Positions 37,728-47,392 are shown, counted from the first letter of the stretch. The stretch: DNA of 64,000 nucleotides from an uncultured Eubacteriales bacterium (GCA_900315125.1 OMXT01000019.1:1240-65239), one strand, 5' to 3'. Notes: a model not told the origin generated them from the sequence alone. Program-made: numbers and translations.

Positions 37728-38726
37728 ATGGTAAAAGACGGAATCATCAACATCAGCAAACCCCAGAACATGACGTCACGGGATGTGGTGAATATCGTGC
37801 GGCGAACGCTGGGAATCCGGAAAACGGGCCATACCGGCACCCTGGATCCCATGGCCACCGGCGTGCTCCCGGTCTGCCTCGGCAGGGCCACCCGGATCAT
37901 AGAATATCTGGACATGGATTTTAAGACCTACCGATGCACCATGGTCCTTGGCCGGCACACGGACACGGGGGATGTCTGGGGCACGGAGATCAGCCGCGTC
38001 CCGGAGGAGCAGGTAAATCAGGTGACGGAGCAGGATGTGATCCGCGCGTTCCGTCCGTTCCGCGGGGTGATCACCCAGACGCCGCCCATATATTCGGCGA
38101 TCCGGGTGAATGGGAAACGTCTTTACCAGTATGCCAGAGAAGGACAGACCGTGGAGATCCCGACCCGGCAGGTCTTTATCCGATCTCTGACCCTGGAGTC
38201 CGTAAATCTCGGACAGGGCTATGACAGCAGCGTGACGTTCCAGTGCCAGTGTTCCAAGGGCACGTACATCCGCTCCATCTGCCAGGAAGCGGGAGAAGCC
38301 CTGGGAACCGGGGGAGCCATGTCAGCGCTGACGCGGGAGGCCAGCGGCTTTTTTTCTTTGGAACAAAGCCTTGACCTGCCGGCTCTCGAATCCCTTTCCC
38401 CTTCAGAAAGGGATTCACATATTGTTCCGCCGGATGCGCCCCTGACGTCTTTCGGACGCATAGAGATCGCGGGGAAAGATATCTGGCGGATGACAAACGG
38501 ACTCACCGTATGGCGGAGTCACTGCCGCGTGACCCGGGAACCGGTCTATGCCTCCCGGGATTTTCCCCTGCCGGTACGGGATGAATTCCGCAGAGCCTAC
38601 GCTGTTTACGCGTCAGGACAGGGTTGGGAGGACTACTCCCCGGGCACATTCCTCGGGGTAGCCTTTATGGATCCGGAAGGACAGAACTTACACGCAGATA
38701 AAATTTTTAAAACGGAAGGTGCTTAA
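37728..38726 (+). CDS. truB: tRNA pseudouridine(55) synthase
   Basis: GIINISKPQNMTSRDVV and GHTGTLDPMATGVLPV (catalytic Asp) motifs. Confidence 0.95.
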   Translation: MVKDGIINISKPQNMTSRDVVNIVRRTLGIRKTGHTGTLDPMATGVLPVCLGRATRIIEYLDMDFKTYRCTMVLGRHTDTGDVWGTEISRVPEEQVNQVTEQDVIRAFRPFRGVITQTPPIYSAIRVNGKRLYQYAREGQTVEIPTRQVFIRSLTLESVNLGQGYDSSVTFQCQCSKGTYIRSICQEAGEALGTGGAMSALTREASGFFSLEQSLDLPALESLSPSERDSHIVPPDAPLTSFGRIEIAGKDIWRMTNGLTVWRSHCRVTREPVYASRDFPLPVRDEFRRAYAVYASGQGWEDYSPGTFLGVAFMDPEGQNLHADKIFKTEGA

Positions 38727-38729
38727 TCA

Positions 38730-39704
38730 ATGATCGTATATGAGGAACTTGAGCAGATCGAGGATATAGAGCCCACCGCGGTGGCGCTGGGCAATTTCGA
38801 CGGCGTTCATCTCGGACACCAGCAGCTGATAAAAAAGATGGTTCAGTGTGCAGAGGAGAGGGGACTGAAATCCGCGGTATTCACGTTTTCCAATCATCCG
38901 AAGGATCTGCTGCCCAAGGTGAAGAAGGTGAAGTCCATACTGTATAAGAACGAAAAGGAGGCTATTATTGAGTCCCTGGGCGTTGATTACATGTTCAATA
39001 TTCCATTTACGAAGGAGATCATGAACATGGATCCCGTGGATTTCATCAAGGATATCCTCCTTGCCCGGTTTAATATGAAAGCGGCGTTCTGCGGATTTAA
39101 CTTCCGGTTCGGAAAAGGAGCGGAGGGGAACCCCGACGTGCTCCGAAACATCGGGATCGACCGGGACTTTACGGTATACGAGATGCCGCCCTTCAAAATC
39201 AACGGCAACGTGGTCAGCTCATCCATGATCCGGACGATCATTGCCGCCGGTCAGGTGGAGCGGTGCATGACATATATGGGCCGGAATTACGAGATCGGCG
39301 GCGAGGTAGTCGTAGGCAACCGCCTGGGCCGTAAACTGGGCTTCCCGACATCTAACCTTGTTATCGACAACAGCATGGTCACGCCGCCCAACGGCGTATA
39401 TATCACGTACTGTGATTATAACGGCGTGCAGTATCCTTCCGTAACGAACGTGGGAAATAAGCCTACCATCGGAAAATACGATAAGAATGTGGAAACACAT
39501 ATCTTTAACTTTGATAAGGAACTTTACGGCAAGAAGATCGTTGTGGAATTCCTGAAGAAGACCAGGGACGAAGTAAAGTTTGACGACGTGCAGGAGCTGT
39601 CAGACCAGATCGTCCGGGACTGCCGGGAGGCGAAGGAGTACTTCGCTGCCATGAGCGGGGAGACGAAAACAGCGGAAGCGGTATCGGAAGGAGAGAACAG
39701 ATGA
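38730..39704 (+). CDS. ribF: bifunctional riboflavin kinase / FMN adenylyltransferase
   Basis: GNFDGVHLGHQ adenylyltransferase motif and a C-terminal riboflavin-kinase domain (PTSN, VETHIFNFD). Confidence 0.95.
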   Translation: MIVYEELEQIEDIEPTAVALGNFDGVHLGHQQLIKKMVQCAEERGLKSAVFTFSNHPKDLLPKVKKVKSILYKNEKEAIIESLGVDYMFNIPFTKEIMNMDPVDFIKDILLARFNMKAAFCGFNFRFGKGAEGNPDVLRNIGIDRDFTVYEMPPFKINGNVVSSSMIRTIIAAGQVERCMTYMGRNYEIGGEVVVGNRLGRKLGFPTSNLVIDNSMVTPPNGVYITYCDYNGVQYPSVTNVGNKPTIGKYDKNVETHIFNFDKELYGKKIVVEFLKKTRDEVKFDDVQELSDQIVRDCREAKEYFAAMSGETKTAEAVSEGENR

Positions 39705-41500
39705 AGGAATTGCTGATGGGCAATGAAGCCGTCGCGGTGGGCGCGCTGGCTGCCGGCGTACAGGTTGTCAGCGGCTACCCGGGAACGCCTTCGACGGAAG
39801 CTCTGGAGACTATTGCGAAGCGCAATCCCGGGGGCGTTTATGTGGAGTGGTCAGTGAACGAAAAGGCAGGGGCAGAAGTGGCTGCGGGCGCGTCCTACGC
39901 CGGCGCCCGCTCCATGGTCACCATGAAGCAGATGGGACTCAACGTGGCGTCGGATCCGGTCATGTGCCTGAGCTATGTAGGTGTCAGTGGCGGCATGGTC
40001 ATTTATGTGGCGGACGATCCGGGCCCCATATCCTCCCAGACAGAGCAGGATACCCGGACATTTGCCCGGTACAGCCGTCTGCCAGTGCTGGACGCGAACT
40101 CGCCGGAGGAAGCGTTCCGGCTGGTGCAGGTCGCCTTTGACCTTTCTGAGGAATACCGGACACCGGTGATCCTTCGCGCGACGACACGGGTATGCCACTC
40201 CTGTGCGGTGATCGACGTGCCGGAGATCCATTCCCCGGAGCCGGCTCCCGGCTTCCAGAAGGATCCGGGCTGGGTCATATTCCCCAGACTTTCTTATCAG
40301 AGAAAGCAGGAGATCACGCTGCGGGAGAAGAAGATCAGCGGCATATTCAGCGCGTCACAGGCGAACAGTGTCCGGGGCGAAGGGACAGTGGGCATAGCCT
40401 GCGGCGGCATCAGCTGTTCCTATGTTAAGGATGCGATCCTCGGTCACGAAGAGAATTTCCGGGTGCTGGACGTTCAGGCGCCCTATCCGGAGCCGAAGGA
40501 AAAGTACAGCGAATTTCTGCGCTCGGTAGATAAGGTCTTTGTCTTTGAAGAACTGGATCCATTCATAGAGGATTCTCTGATCACAGTGAAGGGCGAAGAA
40601 CTGATCGGAACGCCGGTGCTGGGCAAGAGAACGGGTACGGTACCCGTTGCCGGTGAGCTGAGCGCAGTGACGGTTGCGGGCATTCTGGCGGAGCAGACGG
40701 GCCTCGTCCCCATTCCGCAGATCACTGAGGCGGAGCATGCTCCCGAGCTTCCGGTTCGGCCGCCGGTCCTCTGCGCCGGGTGCCCCCACCGGGGCGCATT
40801 CTATGCGGTAAAGAAAGCCGCAGAAGGCCGGAAGGCCATATTCAGCGGCGATATCGGCTGCTATACGCTGGGCAACGCGGCGCCTCTGGATATGGTAGAT
40901 ACCTGTCTCTGCATGGGAGCAGGTATCACACTGGCAGAGGGCATGGGTCATGCGGACGAAAGCACACTGAATTTCGCCTTCATCGGCGATTCCACATTCT
41001 TTGCCAGCGGCATCACGGGCATCGTCAATGCCGTCTACAACCAGTCGGAGCTGATCGTCTGCATCCTTGATAATTCCACCACAGCCATGACTGGCCACCA
41101 GCCTCACCCGGGCATCGGCAGGACCATGATGGGCGAGAATGTAAAGCCAGTGGATATCGAGCAGGTGCTCCGGGGCATCGGTGTGGAAAGCGTCCAGACT
41201 GTGGATCCCCTGAACTTCCTGAAATCCCTTAGGGCGGTCCGGACAGCCATCAGCGAAAGCGGCGTCCGGGCGATCATATTCAAATCCCCCTGCATAGCGA
41301 TCGTTCCGCCGAGGGGTCAGGCTTTTGTTAACGAAGAAAAATGCGTTGGCTGCATGTACTGCATCAATGAGATCGGCTGCCCGGCACTTTCAACGGATGA
41401 AAATGGCAAAGTCAGGGTGGACGGATCTCTGTGCACCGGCTGCGGCCTCTGCGCCCAGCTCTGCCCTGCCAGGGCGTTTCGACTGGAGGTGTCACGATGA
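39701..41500 (+). CDS. iorA: indolepyruvate ferredoxin oxidoreductase, alpha subunit
   Basis: 599 aa. N-terminus MGNEAVAVGALAAGV..GYPGTPS, a TPP domain, and C-terminal CVGCMYCINEIGCP and CTGCGLCAQLCP clusters. Confidence 0.85.
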   Translation: MKELLMGNEAVAVGALAAGVQVVSGYPGTPSTEALETIAKRNPGGVYVEWSVNEKAGAEVAAGASYAGARSMVTMKQMGLNVASDPVMCLSYVGVSGGMVIYVADDPGPISSQTEQDTRTFARYSRLPVLDANSPEEAFRLVQVAFDLSEEYRTPVILRATTRVCHSCAVIDVPEIHSPEPAPGFQKDPGWVIFPRLSYQRKQEITLREKKISGIFSASQANSVRGEGTVGIACGGISCSYVKDAILGHEENFRVLDVQAPYPEPKEKYSEFLRSVDKVFVFEELDPFIEDSLITVKGEELIGTPVLGKRTGTVPVAGELSAVTVAGILAEQTGLVPIPQITEAEHAPELPVRPPVLCAGCPHRGAFYAVKKAAEGRKAIFSGDIGCYTLGNAAPLDMVDTCLCMGAGITLAEGMGHADESTLNFAFIGDSTFFASGITGIVNAVYNQSELIVCILDNSTTAMTGHQPHPGIGRTMMGENVKPVDIEQVLRGIGVESVQTVDPLNFLKSLRAVRTAISESGVRAIIFKSPCIAIVPPRGQAFVNEEKCVGCMYCINEIGCPALSTDENGKVRVDGSLCTGCGLCAQLCPARAFRLEVSR

Positions 41501-42090
41501 AGAACTGTTTATTATGCGGCGTGGGCGGCCAGGGTACGGTGCTGGCTTCCCGGATTATAGCCGCGGCTGCCATGCTCCGGGGCTGTGACGCCCGGACGGC
41601 GGAAACCATCGGCATGGCCCAGCGGGGCGGCTGCGTTGTCAGCCATGTGCGCATCGGCGAGGTGCCTTCGGAGAAAGTAACGTCGCCGCTGATCCCGGAA
41701 GGACAGGCAGATGTTCTGATCGGATTCGAGCCGGGAGAGGCGCTGCGGAATCTGCCTTATCTTAAGAAAGACGGCGCGCTGATCGTCTGCAGCCGGGAAG
41801 TCCGGCCGGTGACAGCGTCTCTGGGACAGAGCGGGTACCGGGGAGAAGATGCGGTAAATTTTCTGAAAGATCATATTCTTCGTTGCTATGTAATAGACCC
41901 CGATGATATAATTACCCAATGCGGTTCCCCGAAGGTGCTGAATGTGGCTCTTGTGGGAGCCATGGCCGGAGCCGGCGACATGGGCCTCGGTCTGGAAGAT
42001 ATAGAGAACGCGCTGGCCCTTCGGCTCAAGCCGAAACTGCTGGATATGAACCGCCGGGCACTGGCGCTGGGAGCCGCGGAAGTGAGGTAA
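41497..42090 (+). CDS. iorB: indolepyruvate ferredoxin oxidoreductase, beta subunit
   Basis: MKNCLLCGVGGQGTVLASRI N-terminus. ATG 41497 overlaps the iorA stop (ATGA). Confidence 0.85.
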   Translation: MKNCLLCGVGGQGTVLASRIIAAAAMLRGCDARTAETIGMAQRGGCVVSHVRIGEVPSEKVTSPLIPEGQADVLIGFEPGEALRNLPYLKKDGALIVCSREVRPVTASLGQSGYRGEDAVNFLKDHILRCYVIDPDDIITQCGSPKVLNVALVGAMAGAGDMGLGLEDIENALALRLKPKLLDMNRRALALGAAEVR

Positions 42091-42095
42091 AGAAC

Positions 42096-43337
42096 ATGAG
42101 AATGAAAGCAGAGCAGTTATACCAGATCCGGTACCAGATCGAGCGGGTCAAGGCGGCACACGGATTTTACGCGGAGCGCCTGAAGGGCGTGGAAGCCAGA
42201 GATATAAAGACAAAAGAAGACTTTGAGAAGCTGCCTTTCTCGGAGAAGGCGGATCTTCGCGATGCCTATCCCCTGGGTCTTTCTGCCGTGCCCGATGAGA
42301 AGATCGTCCGGATCCACTCATCCAGCGGCACCACAGGAACGCCGGTCATCATCCCCTATACCCAGCAGGATGTGCTGGACTGGGCGGAGCTCTTCAAACG
42401 CTGCTATGAGTTCGCCGGTGTAACACCCATGGACCGGGTACAGATCACACCGGGTTACGGACTGTGGACAGCGGGCATCGGTTTCCAGCTGGGAGCTGAG
42501 CGTCTGGGTGCCATGACCATTCCCATGGGACCGGGCAATACGGCTAAGCAGCTGAAGTTCATGCAGGATGTGAATACCACGGTGCTCTGTGCAACGTCGT
42601 CCTACGCGCTGCTGCTGGCAGAAGAAATCAACAAGAGGGGCATCCGGGACAAGCTGTCCCTCAGAAAGGGCATCATTGGCTCCGAGCGCTGGGGCGCCAA
42701 GATGAGGGCCCGCATCGCTGACGAACTGGGCGTAGAGCTCTATGATATCTATGGGCTGACGGAGGTCTACGGGCCGGGCATCGCCATAAACTGCGAATAC
42801 AATACGGGCATGCATTATTTCGACGACTATCTCTATTTCGAGATCATCGATCCCAAGACAGGCAAGGTGCTGCCCGACGGCGAACTGGGCGAGCTGGTCA
42901 TCACCACACTGCGCAAGGAGGGCGCGCCGCTGATCCGTTACCGGACCCACGACCTGACCCGCATCGTCCCGGAAGACGAGCCCTGCCCCTGCGGCCGGGA
43001 CCTGCCCCGAATCGACGTGATCCTGGGCCGTACGGACGACATGGTCAAGGTCCACGGCGTCAACATGTTCCCGGGACAGATGGAAGACGTGCTGAAGACC
43101 GTTCCGGGCACCAGCAGCGAATATCAGGTGTTCATCGACCACGTGAACAACAGAGACCAGGTCACTGTATTCGTGGAGACAGCGGAGCCGGAGGAGAACC
43201 GTCCCGCTCTGGAGAAGAAGATGAAGGAGCAGTTCAAGTCCATGATCGGCGTCACCATCATTCCCAAAGCAGTGAACATCGGGGATTTGCCCCGCAGCGA
43301 GAAGAAGACCACAAGGGTGTACGATTACAGATACTAA
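42096..43337 (+). CDS. paaK: phenylacetate-CoA ligase family protein
   Basis: SSGTTGTP AMP-binding motif, YGLTE, about 413 aa. This is the usual partner of iorAB. The track start at 41919 overlaps iorB. Confidence 0.85.
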   Translation: MRMKAEQLYQIRYQIERVKAAHGFYAERLKGVEARDIKTKEDFEKLPFSEKADLRDAYPLGLSAVPDEKIVRIHSSSGTTGTPVIIPYTQQDVLDWAELFKRCYEFAGVTPMDRVQITPGYGLWTAGIGFQLGAERLGAMTIPMGPGNTAKQLKFMQDVNTTVLCATSSYALLLAEEINKRGIRDKLSLRKGIIGSERWGAKMRARIADELGVELYDIYGLTEVYGPGIAINCEYNTGMHYFDDYLYFEIIDPKTGKVLPDGELGELVITTLRKEGAPLIRYRTHDLTRIVPEDEPCPCGRDLPRIDVILGRTDDMVKVHGVNMFPGQMEDVLKTVPGTSSEYQVFIDHVNNRDQVTVFVETAEPEENRPALEKKMKEQFKSMIGVTIIPKAVNIGDLPRSEKKTTRVYDYRY

Positions 43338-43342
43338 TATGA

Positions 43343-43376
43343 AGAGCCGCTCAACGTTACTATGAGCGGCTCTTTC
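43343..43376. terminator. bidirectional stem-loop between convergent paaK and the minus-strand operon
   Basis: 11-bp perfect stem AGAGCCGCTCA (43343-43353) / TGAGCGGCTCT (43363-43373) with T/A-rich flanks. Confidence 0.6.
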
Positions 43377-43396
43377 GATAATTTTATGTACAGCAG

Positions 43397-43690
43397 CTAT
43401 AACTGCTCCTCGATATATCCCAGTACATCTCCGACGCCAGCTTTGTCCCCGCTTTCAACGCAGATTTCGCAGAGCGTGCCGTCACAGGGCGATTTGAATT
43501 CCACAGTCTTCTTTTCGATCTCCCCGGTGCAGACGGTCTCGTCTTTTTCCACATGTTCACCCGGGTCTTTGTCCCAGAATATCTCCATTTTCTTGTAATA
43601 CAGCCGAAAAGGCCTGAATTGGCATGGACAGGGGTCCACAGGGTCCGGGGTTGGCATCATTTTATCAGGTACAGTGATGGCTGTTTTCAT
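43397..43690 (-). CDS. small lipoyl/biotinyl-attachment-like domain protein
   Basis: 97 aa. The C-terminal half (GEIEKKTVEFKSPCDGTLCEICVESGDKAGVGDVLGYIE) fits the hammerhead pattern E-x-x-K ... P-x-x-G ... G-D-x-V of lipoyl/biotinyl domains. The RBS GGAGG lies inside the end of the upstream gene. Confidence 0.55.
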   Translation of the reverse strand: MKTAITVPDKMMPTPDPVDPCPCQFRPFRLYYKKMEIFWDKDPGEHVEKDETVCTGEIEKKTVEFKSPCDGTLCEICVESGDKAGVGDVLGYIEEQL

Positions 43691-43693
43691 CGT

Positions 43694-44287
43694 CTACGCC
43701 TCCGGGTAAAAAGGGCATTCTTCTTTTTTGCATTCGTCGTTGCGCTCGTGGTATTTGCATTCTATATTCTCACTCAGATCGAGAACAAAGCCCAGCTTTT
43801 CACAGATGTACGGCACGGCTGCCTCCAGAGAAAGAAAACAGGTCCGCTTGCAGCATCTTGGACCGGGTACTCCGGATATTTTCTGCAGACAGATACCTGT
43901 GATCTCGTTTGACCACTGCCATGTTTCATCGGACATGGGCGAAGCATCCGTAAAGACGCTCATAAAGATCCCTGCGCCGACGCCGGCGCCGCAGGCGCCG
44001 TAATTCCCGCAGAATCCGCCCAGAATATTCTGGGAGCGGGCCATGGCAATATCCAGCATTTCGTCCAGTTCTTCTTCTGAACGCCCGGTTTGCAGGGATG
44101 CTGCGGTCAGCAGAACGGCAGGGAGCATAAAGTGATGGTAGGGGAAGTGCATGGGAACGCCTTCAATATCCATCAGGCTCATGATAAATCCTGAGAGTTC
44201 CGGCTGTACGCCTTTTTTGTACACATCCATGCACTGCTTTTTTATCTTATCAAAAATTTCCTGACTTAATATGATTTCATGTGCCAC
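43694..44287 (-). CDS. Cys-rich hypothetical protein (possibly redox-active, C_GCAxxG-like motif)
   Basis: GTG 44287 lies 6 nt after AAAGGAGA. The protein contains GGFCGNYGACGAGVGAG, PRCCKRTC and C-terminal CKYHERNDECKKEECP clusters. No confident family assignment. Confidence 0.5.
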   Translation of the reverse strand: MAHEIILSQEIFDKIKKQCMDVYKKGVQPELSGFIMSLMDIEGVPMHFPYHHFMLPAVLLTAASLQTGRSEEELDEMLDIAMARSQNILGGFCGNYGACGAGVGAGIFMSVFTDASPMSDETWQWSNEITGICLQKISGVPGPRCCKRTCFLSLEAAVPYICEKLGFVLDLSENIECKYHERNDECKKEECPFYPEA

Positions 44288-44307
44288 GTTTGTTCTCCTT
44301 TCTGGTT

Positions 44308-45234
44308 TTATTGCAGTCTGAGACAGCCCTGTACATGATGTTCTGCGGATTTTGTTATCGTACTGACGATCCGTATTCCAACAGCGGAAATGATTACAAG
44401 TTCCGTTTGTTCTACGGGTTCTTTCCATTCACTGATGGTGATATTTGTTCCTGCAGCGCTGACTTCCACGGTTCCTTCTGAGGTGCGGACGAATCCCTTG
44501 ATTCGATAGGTGTCCGGTGCGATCTCGAAAAGAAAAGCCTGAAGAGCATCACGGCTGACCAGGTCTTTGTCGTCTGTGACAATAAAGCTGGCAGCCCTGT
44601 TTCTAATGCTGTTGGAAGATTCCCTTGCCTGAGGCTTCAGTATGGCGCCCATGTTCTTTATGATATTCAGGATATCCACATTGCAGTAAGTGGATGGATA
44701 TATTGCTGCCCTATCGTTAACAGAACGGATTTGATCCTTTATTTCCTGAAGGGCGGCGTCATCGGCAAGATCCGTCTTGTTCAGGATCACTGCGCTGCAG
44801 TATTCGATCTGAGACTCCGCGGAAGTCAGGACCTGGCTGAGATCCAGATATCTGGACGCATCCACAACGCAGATAGAACCCCGGTAAGTGTAAACGCCGC
44901 CGGTTTCGCCGGCAATCCCTGCAAGAACTGTTTCCATACTGGAGGGATCGGCCAGGCCGGAGGCTTCGATGAAAAGATTGTCAAGGCCGAGCCGGGACAT
45001 GTCAATCAGACTGTCTACGAATTTATCTTTTAGGCAGGCGCAGAACACGGAGCCGTTGGACAGCAGTGCCGTCTGTACACCCTGCTTGCTGAGCAGGCGG
45101 CCATCCACGTTTACCGGTCCGAACTCATTGACGATCAGTCCGTTTTTCTGGCTGCAATACTGCTTCAGAATGTTCTGAAGCAGTGTTGTCTTGCCGGATC
45201 CCAGGAATCCGGTCAGTAATATCAGGTTTGTCAC
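44308..45234 (-). CDS. CobW/HypB/UreG-family (G3E) GTPase, CobW-like
   Basis: P-loop LLTGFLGSGKTTLL, LIVNEFG, and NKTDL (NKxD). The canonical CxCC metal motif is degenerate (FCAC). The GTG start follows GGAGGAA. Confidence 0.75.
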   Translation of the reverse strand: MTNLILLTGFLGSGKTTLLQNILKQYCSQKNGLIVNEFGPVNVDGRLLSKQGVQTALLSNGSVFCACLKDKFVDSLIDMSRLGLDNLFIEASGLADPSSMETVLAGIAGETGGVYTYRGSICVVDASRYLDLSQVLTSAESQIEYCSAVILNKTDLADDAALQEIKDQIRSVNDRAAIYPSTYCNVDILNIIKNMGAILKPQARESSNSIRNRAASFIVTDDKDLVSRDALQAFLFEIAPDTYRIKGFVRTSEGTVEVSAAGTNITISEWKEPVEQTELVIISAVGIRIVSTITKSAEHHVQGCLRLQ

Positions 45235-45306
45235 GATCCTGTTCCTCCGGAAAAGTACCTGCCGTGAAAGGAACGCGGCAGGTAACGATAATAATCAGCA
45301 GACGGT

Positions 45307-46680
45307 TTACTGGTGCTTTTTATCATAAGCGGCATGAACAGCATCGATCAGTTCCTCCCGGGGCGGGATGATGGAACTCCATGCGCATTCGCCGTCTATA
45401 TACAGCGAGGGCAGCTGAGCGACGCCCATTTTCTGGGTACGGGCAATATCTTCTTTTATAAAGTACTTATATTCTCGTACTTCTGCGATATCGCTGATTT
45501 CAGGAAGAGAATCCATTGCCGATGCCTTCATGTACTGACATGCTGCGCACTGGTTAGGATCCAGCAGGAACAGTTCCACAATGACCTTGTCGGAGCCGGC
45601 ATAGTCCGGGATGTCTACCTCGATGTCATCAAAGGAACTTGAGTAGTTTTTGACCAGTTCCCTGGAGCTTTCCGGATTCTTTACTGCCTGGGAGCAGGCG
45701 ATGGTGTTTTCTCTCGGTGTAGCATAAGGCATGTCGCATCCCGGTGAAATGATGAAATTCCGGCTCGTATCTTCTATGCTGTCGATCTCGTCCAGAACGC
45801 ATTTGATATTGTCCTGCTGTGTCCCATGGAGCATGGTCGTTGTCAGTGGAATATTTCCGGCGATGCAGATGTTGAATTCGTCCGAGATTTTCTTTGCCTC
45901 CGGAAGATTAACATTTTCATCGACGGAGATGCCATCTGGTTCCATCTCGCACATCACGCGGATCTGTTTAGACGCGTTGCCGCAGACGAAAAAGCAGGAC
46001 AGCGCACCCCGGGAACGGATATAATCGAAGACACTGGTATATGCGTCGTGCATCAGTTTGCTGATCATCTTCGGGGATACCTGAGAAATCAGCGGGTCTA
46101 CAACGGCGATGACATCCATACCCGCATCGATGTAGTATTCGGCCATCTTAATGGCGACCTGGGCGCAGAAGTCAAGGAGCTCTACAACATACTCCTTGTC
46201 CTTCATCATATCAGTGAAGAGTTCCGTGCCTCTCAGATGAGAAGCCAGGGTCAGCGGTCCGCAGATCAGCCCATAGAGAGCAACCTTGTCGCCGATTTCT
46301 TTCTTGACCCGCTCCATCGCGTCCAGAATAACGGGGATCCGTCCGTCTTCCTTCGTGGGAATTTTACAGGTGCAGGGGATCCCTTTATTCTCTCCTTCCA
46401 GCGGATGGCTGTGGACCGATGGCGGATTGTCCTTTGCCCAGAGAAGATCGCAGCCCAGTATTTCCGCCTCAACCTGCAGATCGAACAGAACCGGCATTCC
46501 ATCAGGCATATACAGTTTCTGGACTTCTATCAGAGATTCTACGATATTATCGGAATTCTTCAGCATCTGTTCGGCTGTATATCCTTTGAGCTGGCCTGCA
46601 TGCACTCCTGCGAAGGGAACCCAGGGGATGCTGTCAGTCTTCTCGTGTCTCAGCGCTTTATAAATCAGTTCTTTTCCCAT
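45307..46680 (-). CDS. uroporphyrinogen-decarboxylase (URO-D/MtaA-like) family protein fused to a C-terminal thioredoxin-fold domain
   Basis: ATG 46680 follows AGGAGG. The URO-D-family body includes PWVPFAGVH, FFVCGNAS and ISPGCDMPYATP. The last ~94 aa (VIVELFLLDPNQCAACQYMK...LPSLYIDGE) look like a small thioredoxin/glutaredoxin-like fold. Confidence 0.65.
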   Translation of the reverse strand: MGKELIYKALRHEKTDSIPWVPFAGVHAGQLKGYTAEQMLKNSDNIVESLIEVQKLYMPDGMPVLFDLQVEAEILGCDLLWAKDNPPSVHSHPLEGENKGIPCTCKIPTKEDGRIPVILDAMERVKKEIGDKVALYGLICGPLTLASHLRGTELFTDMMKDKEYVVELLDFCAQVAIKMAEYYIDAGMDVIAVVDPLISQVSPKMISKLMHDAYTSVFDYIRSRGALSCFFVCGNASKQIRVMCEMEPDGISVDENVNLPEAKKISDEFNICIAGNIPLTTTMLHGTQQDNIKCVLDEIDSIEDTSRNFIISPGCDMPYATPRENTIACSQAVKNPESSRELVKNYSSSFDDIEVDIPDYAGSDKVIVELFLLDPNQCAACQYMKASAMDSLPEISDIAEVREYKYFIKEDIARTQKMGVAQLPSLYIDGECAWSSIIPPREELIDAVHAAYDKKHQ

Positions 46681-46988
46681 TTCTGTATACCTCCTGTGTA
46701 TCAGAATGAACGGTAATCTATACCAAAACGAATATAGATAAAGTTTATTACCGACCATAAAATGAATCTATAATGATATCAGATTGCCGGCGAAAAAATT
46801 TTCAGAATTTGTGCGGGCAAAATTTTGAATAAAACAAGAGAGAATCACGGAACAGAAAATAATTATAACTAATAGAATGATATTTGTTTTTGAACAAAGG
46901 CATTTCTGCCTGTTTCCAGGAATAAGCGGGTGTCCTGCACCACTTAGGTATCTGAGCCCCGGCCGAGAAGCCTTTGTGCAAAAATTGC

Positions 46989-47017
46989 TTGCACCGGCTC
47001 CCGCGCTGTGCTAAAAT
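46989..47017 (+). promoter_or_regulatory. sigma-70-type promoter upstream of rpsO
   Basis: TTGCAC (46989-46994), 17-nt spacer, TAAAAT (47012-47017). A leader of about 95 nt precedes the rpsO start. Confidence 0.5.
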
Positions 47018-47112
47018 ATTGATTCGGAAATATGGTTACCGCAGCCTGGCTGTGCGAGACTCCGTCGGCGGCCCGGTTTCGGTGAATAGCATTGGAAGGA
47101 GAATTATTTATT

Positions 47113-47379
47113 ATGATCACTAAGGAAAAGAAACAGGAAATTATTAAAGAGTACGCAACCAAAGAGGGAGACACCGGTTCCCCGGAAGTACAGGTTGCCA
47201 TCCTGACCTACAGAATCAATGAGCTGAACGAGCATCTCAAGGCCAACAAGCACGACTATCATTCCAGAAGAGGTCTGCTGAAGATGGTAGGTAAGAGAAG
47301 AAATCTGCTGAACTACCTGAAGAGAGTTGACATCGAGAGATACAGAACACTGATTGCACGGTTAGGACTCAGAAAATAA
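47113..47379 (+). CDS. rpsO: 30S ribosomal protein S15
   Basis: [14 protein letters not shown]...[27 protein letters not shown], 88 aa. Confidence 0.95.
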   Translation: MITKEKKQEIIKEYATKEGDTGSPEVQVAILTYRINELNEHLKANKHDYHSRRGLLKMVGKRRNLLNYLKRVDIERYRTLIARLGLRK

Positions 47380-47392
47380 GATGGAAAATTTT

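Noticed and set aside
46681-47000. Cobalamin or other riboswitch upstream of the URO-D/CobW operon (minus strand).
   Set aside because: I looked for a B12-box-like GCCACTG core and a structured GC-rich leader. The region is AT-rich, with only short ATAGAT-type repeats (46715-46775) and one small hairpin. Nothing resembles a known riboswitch.
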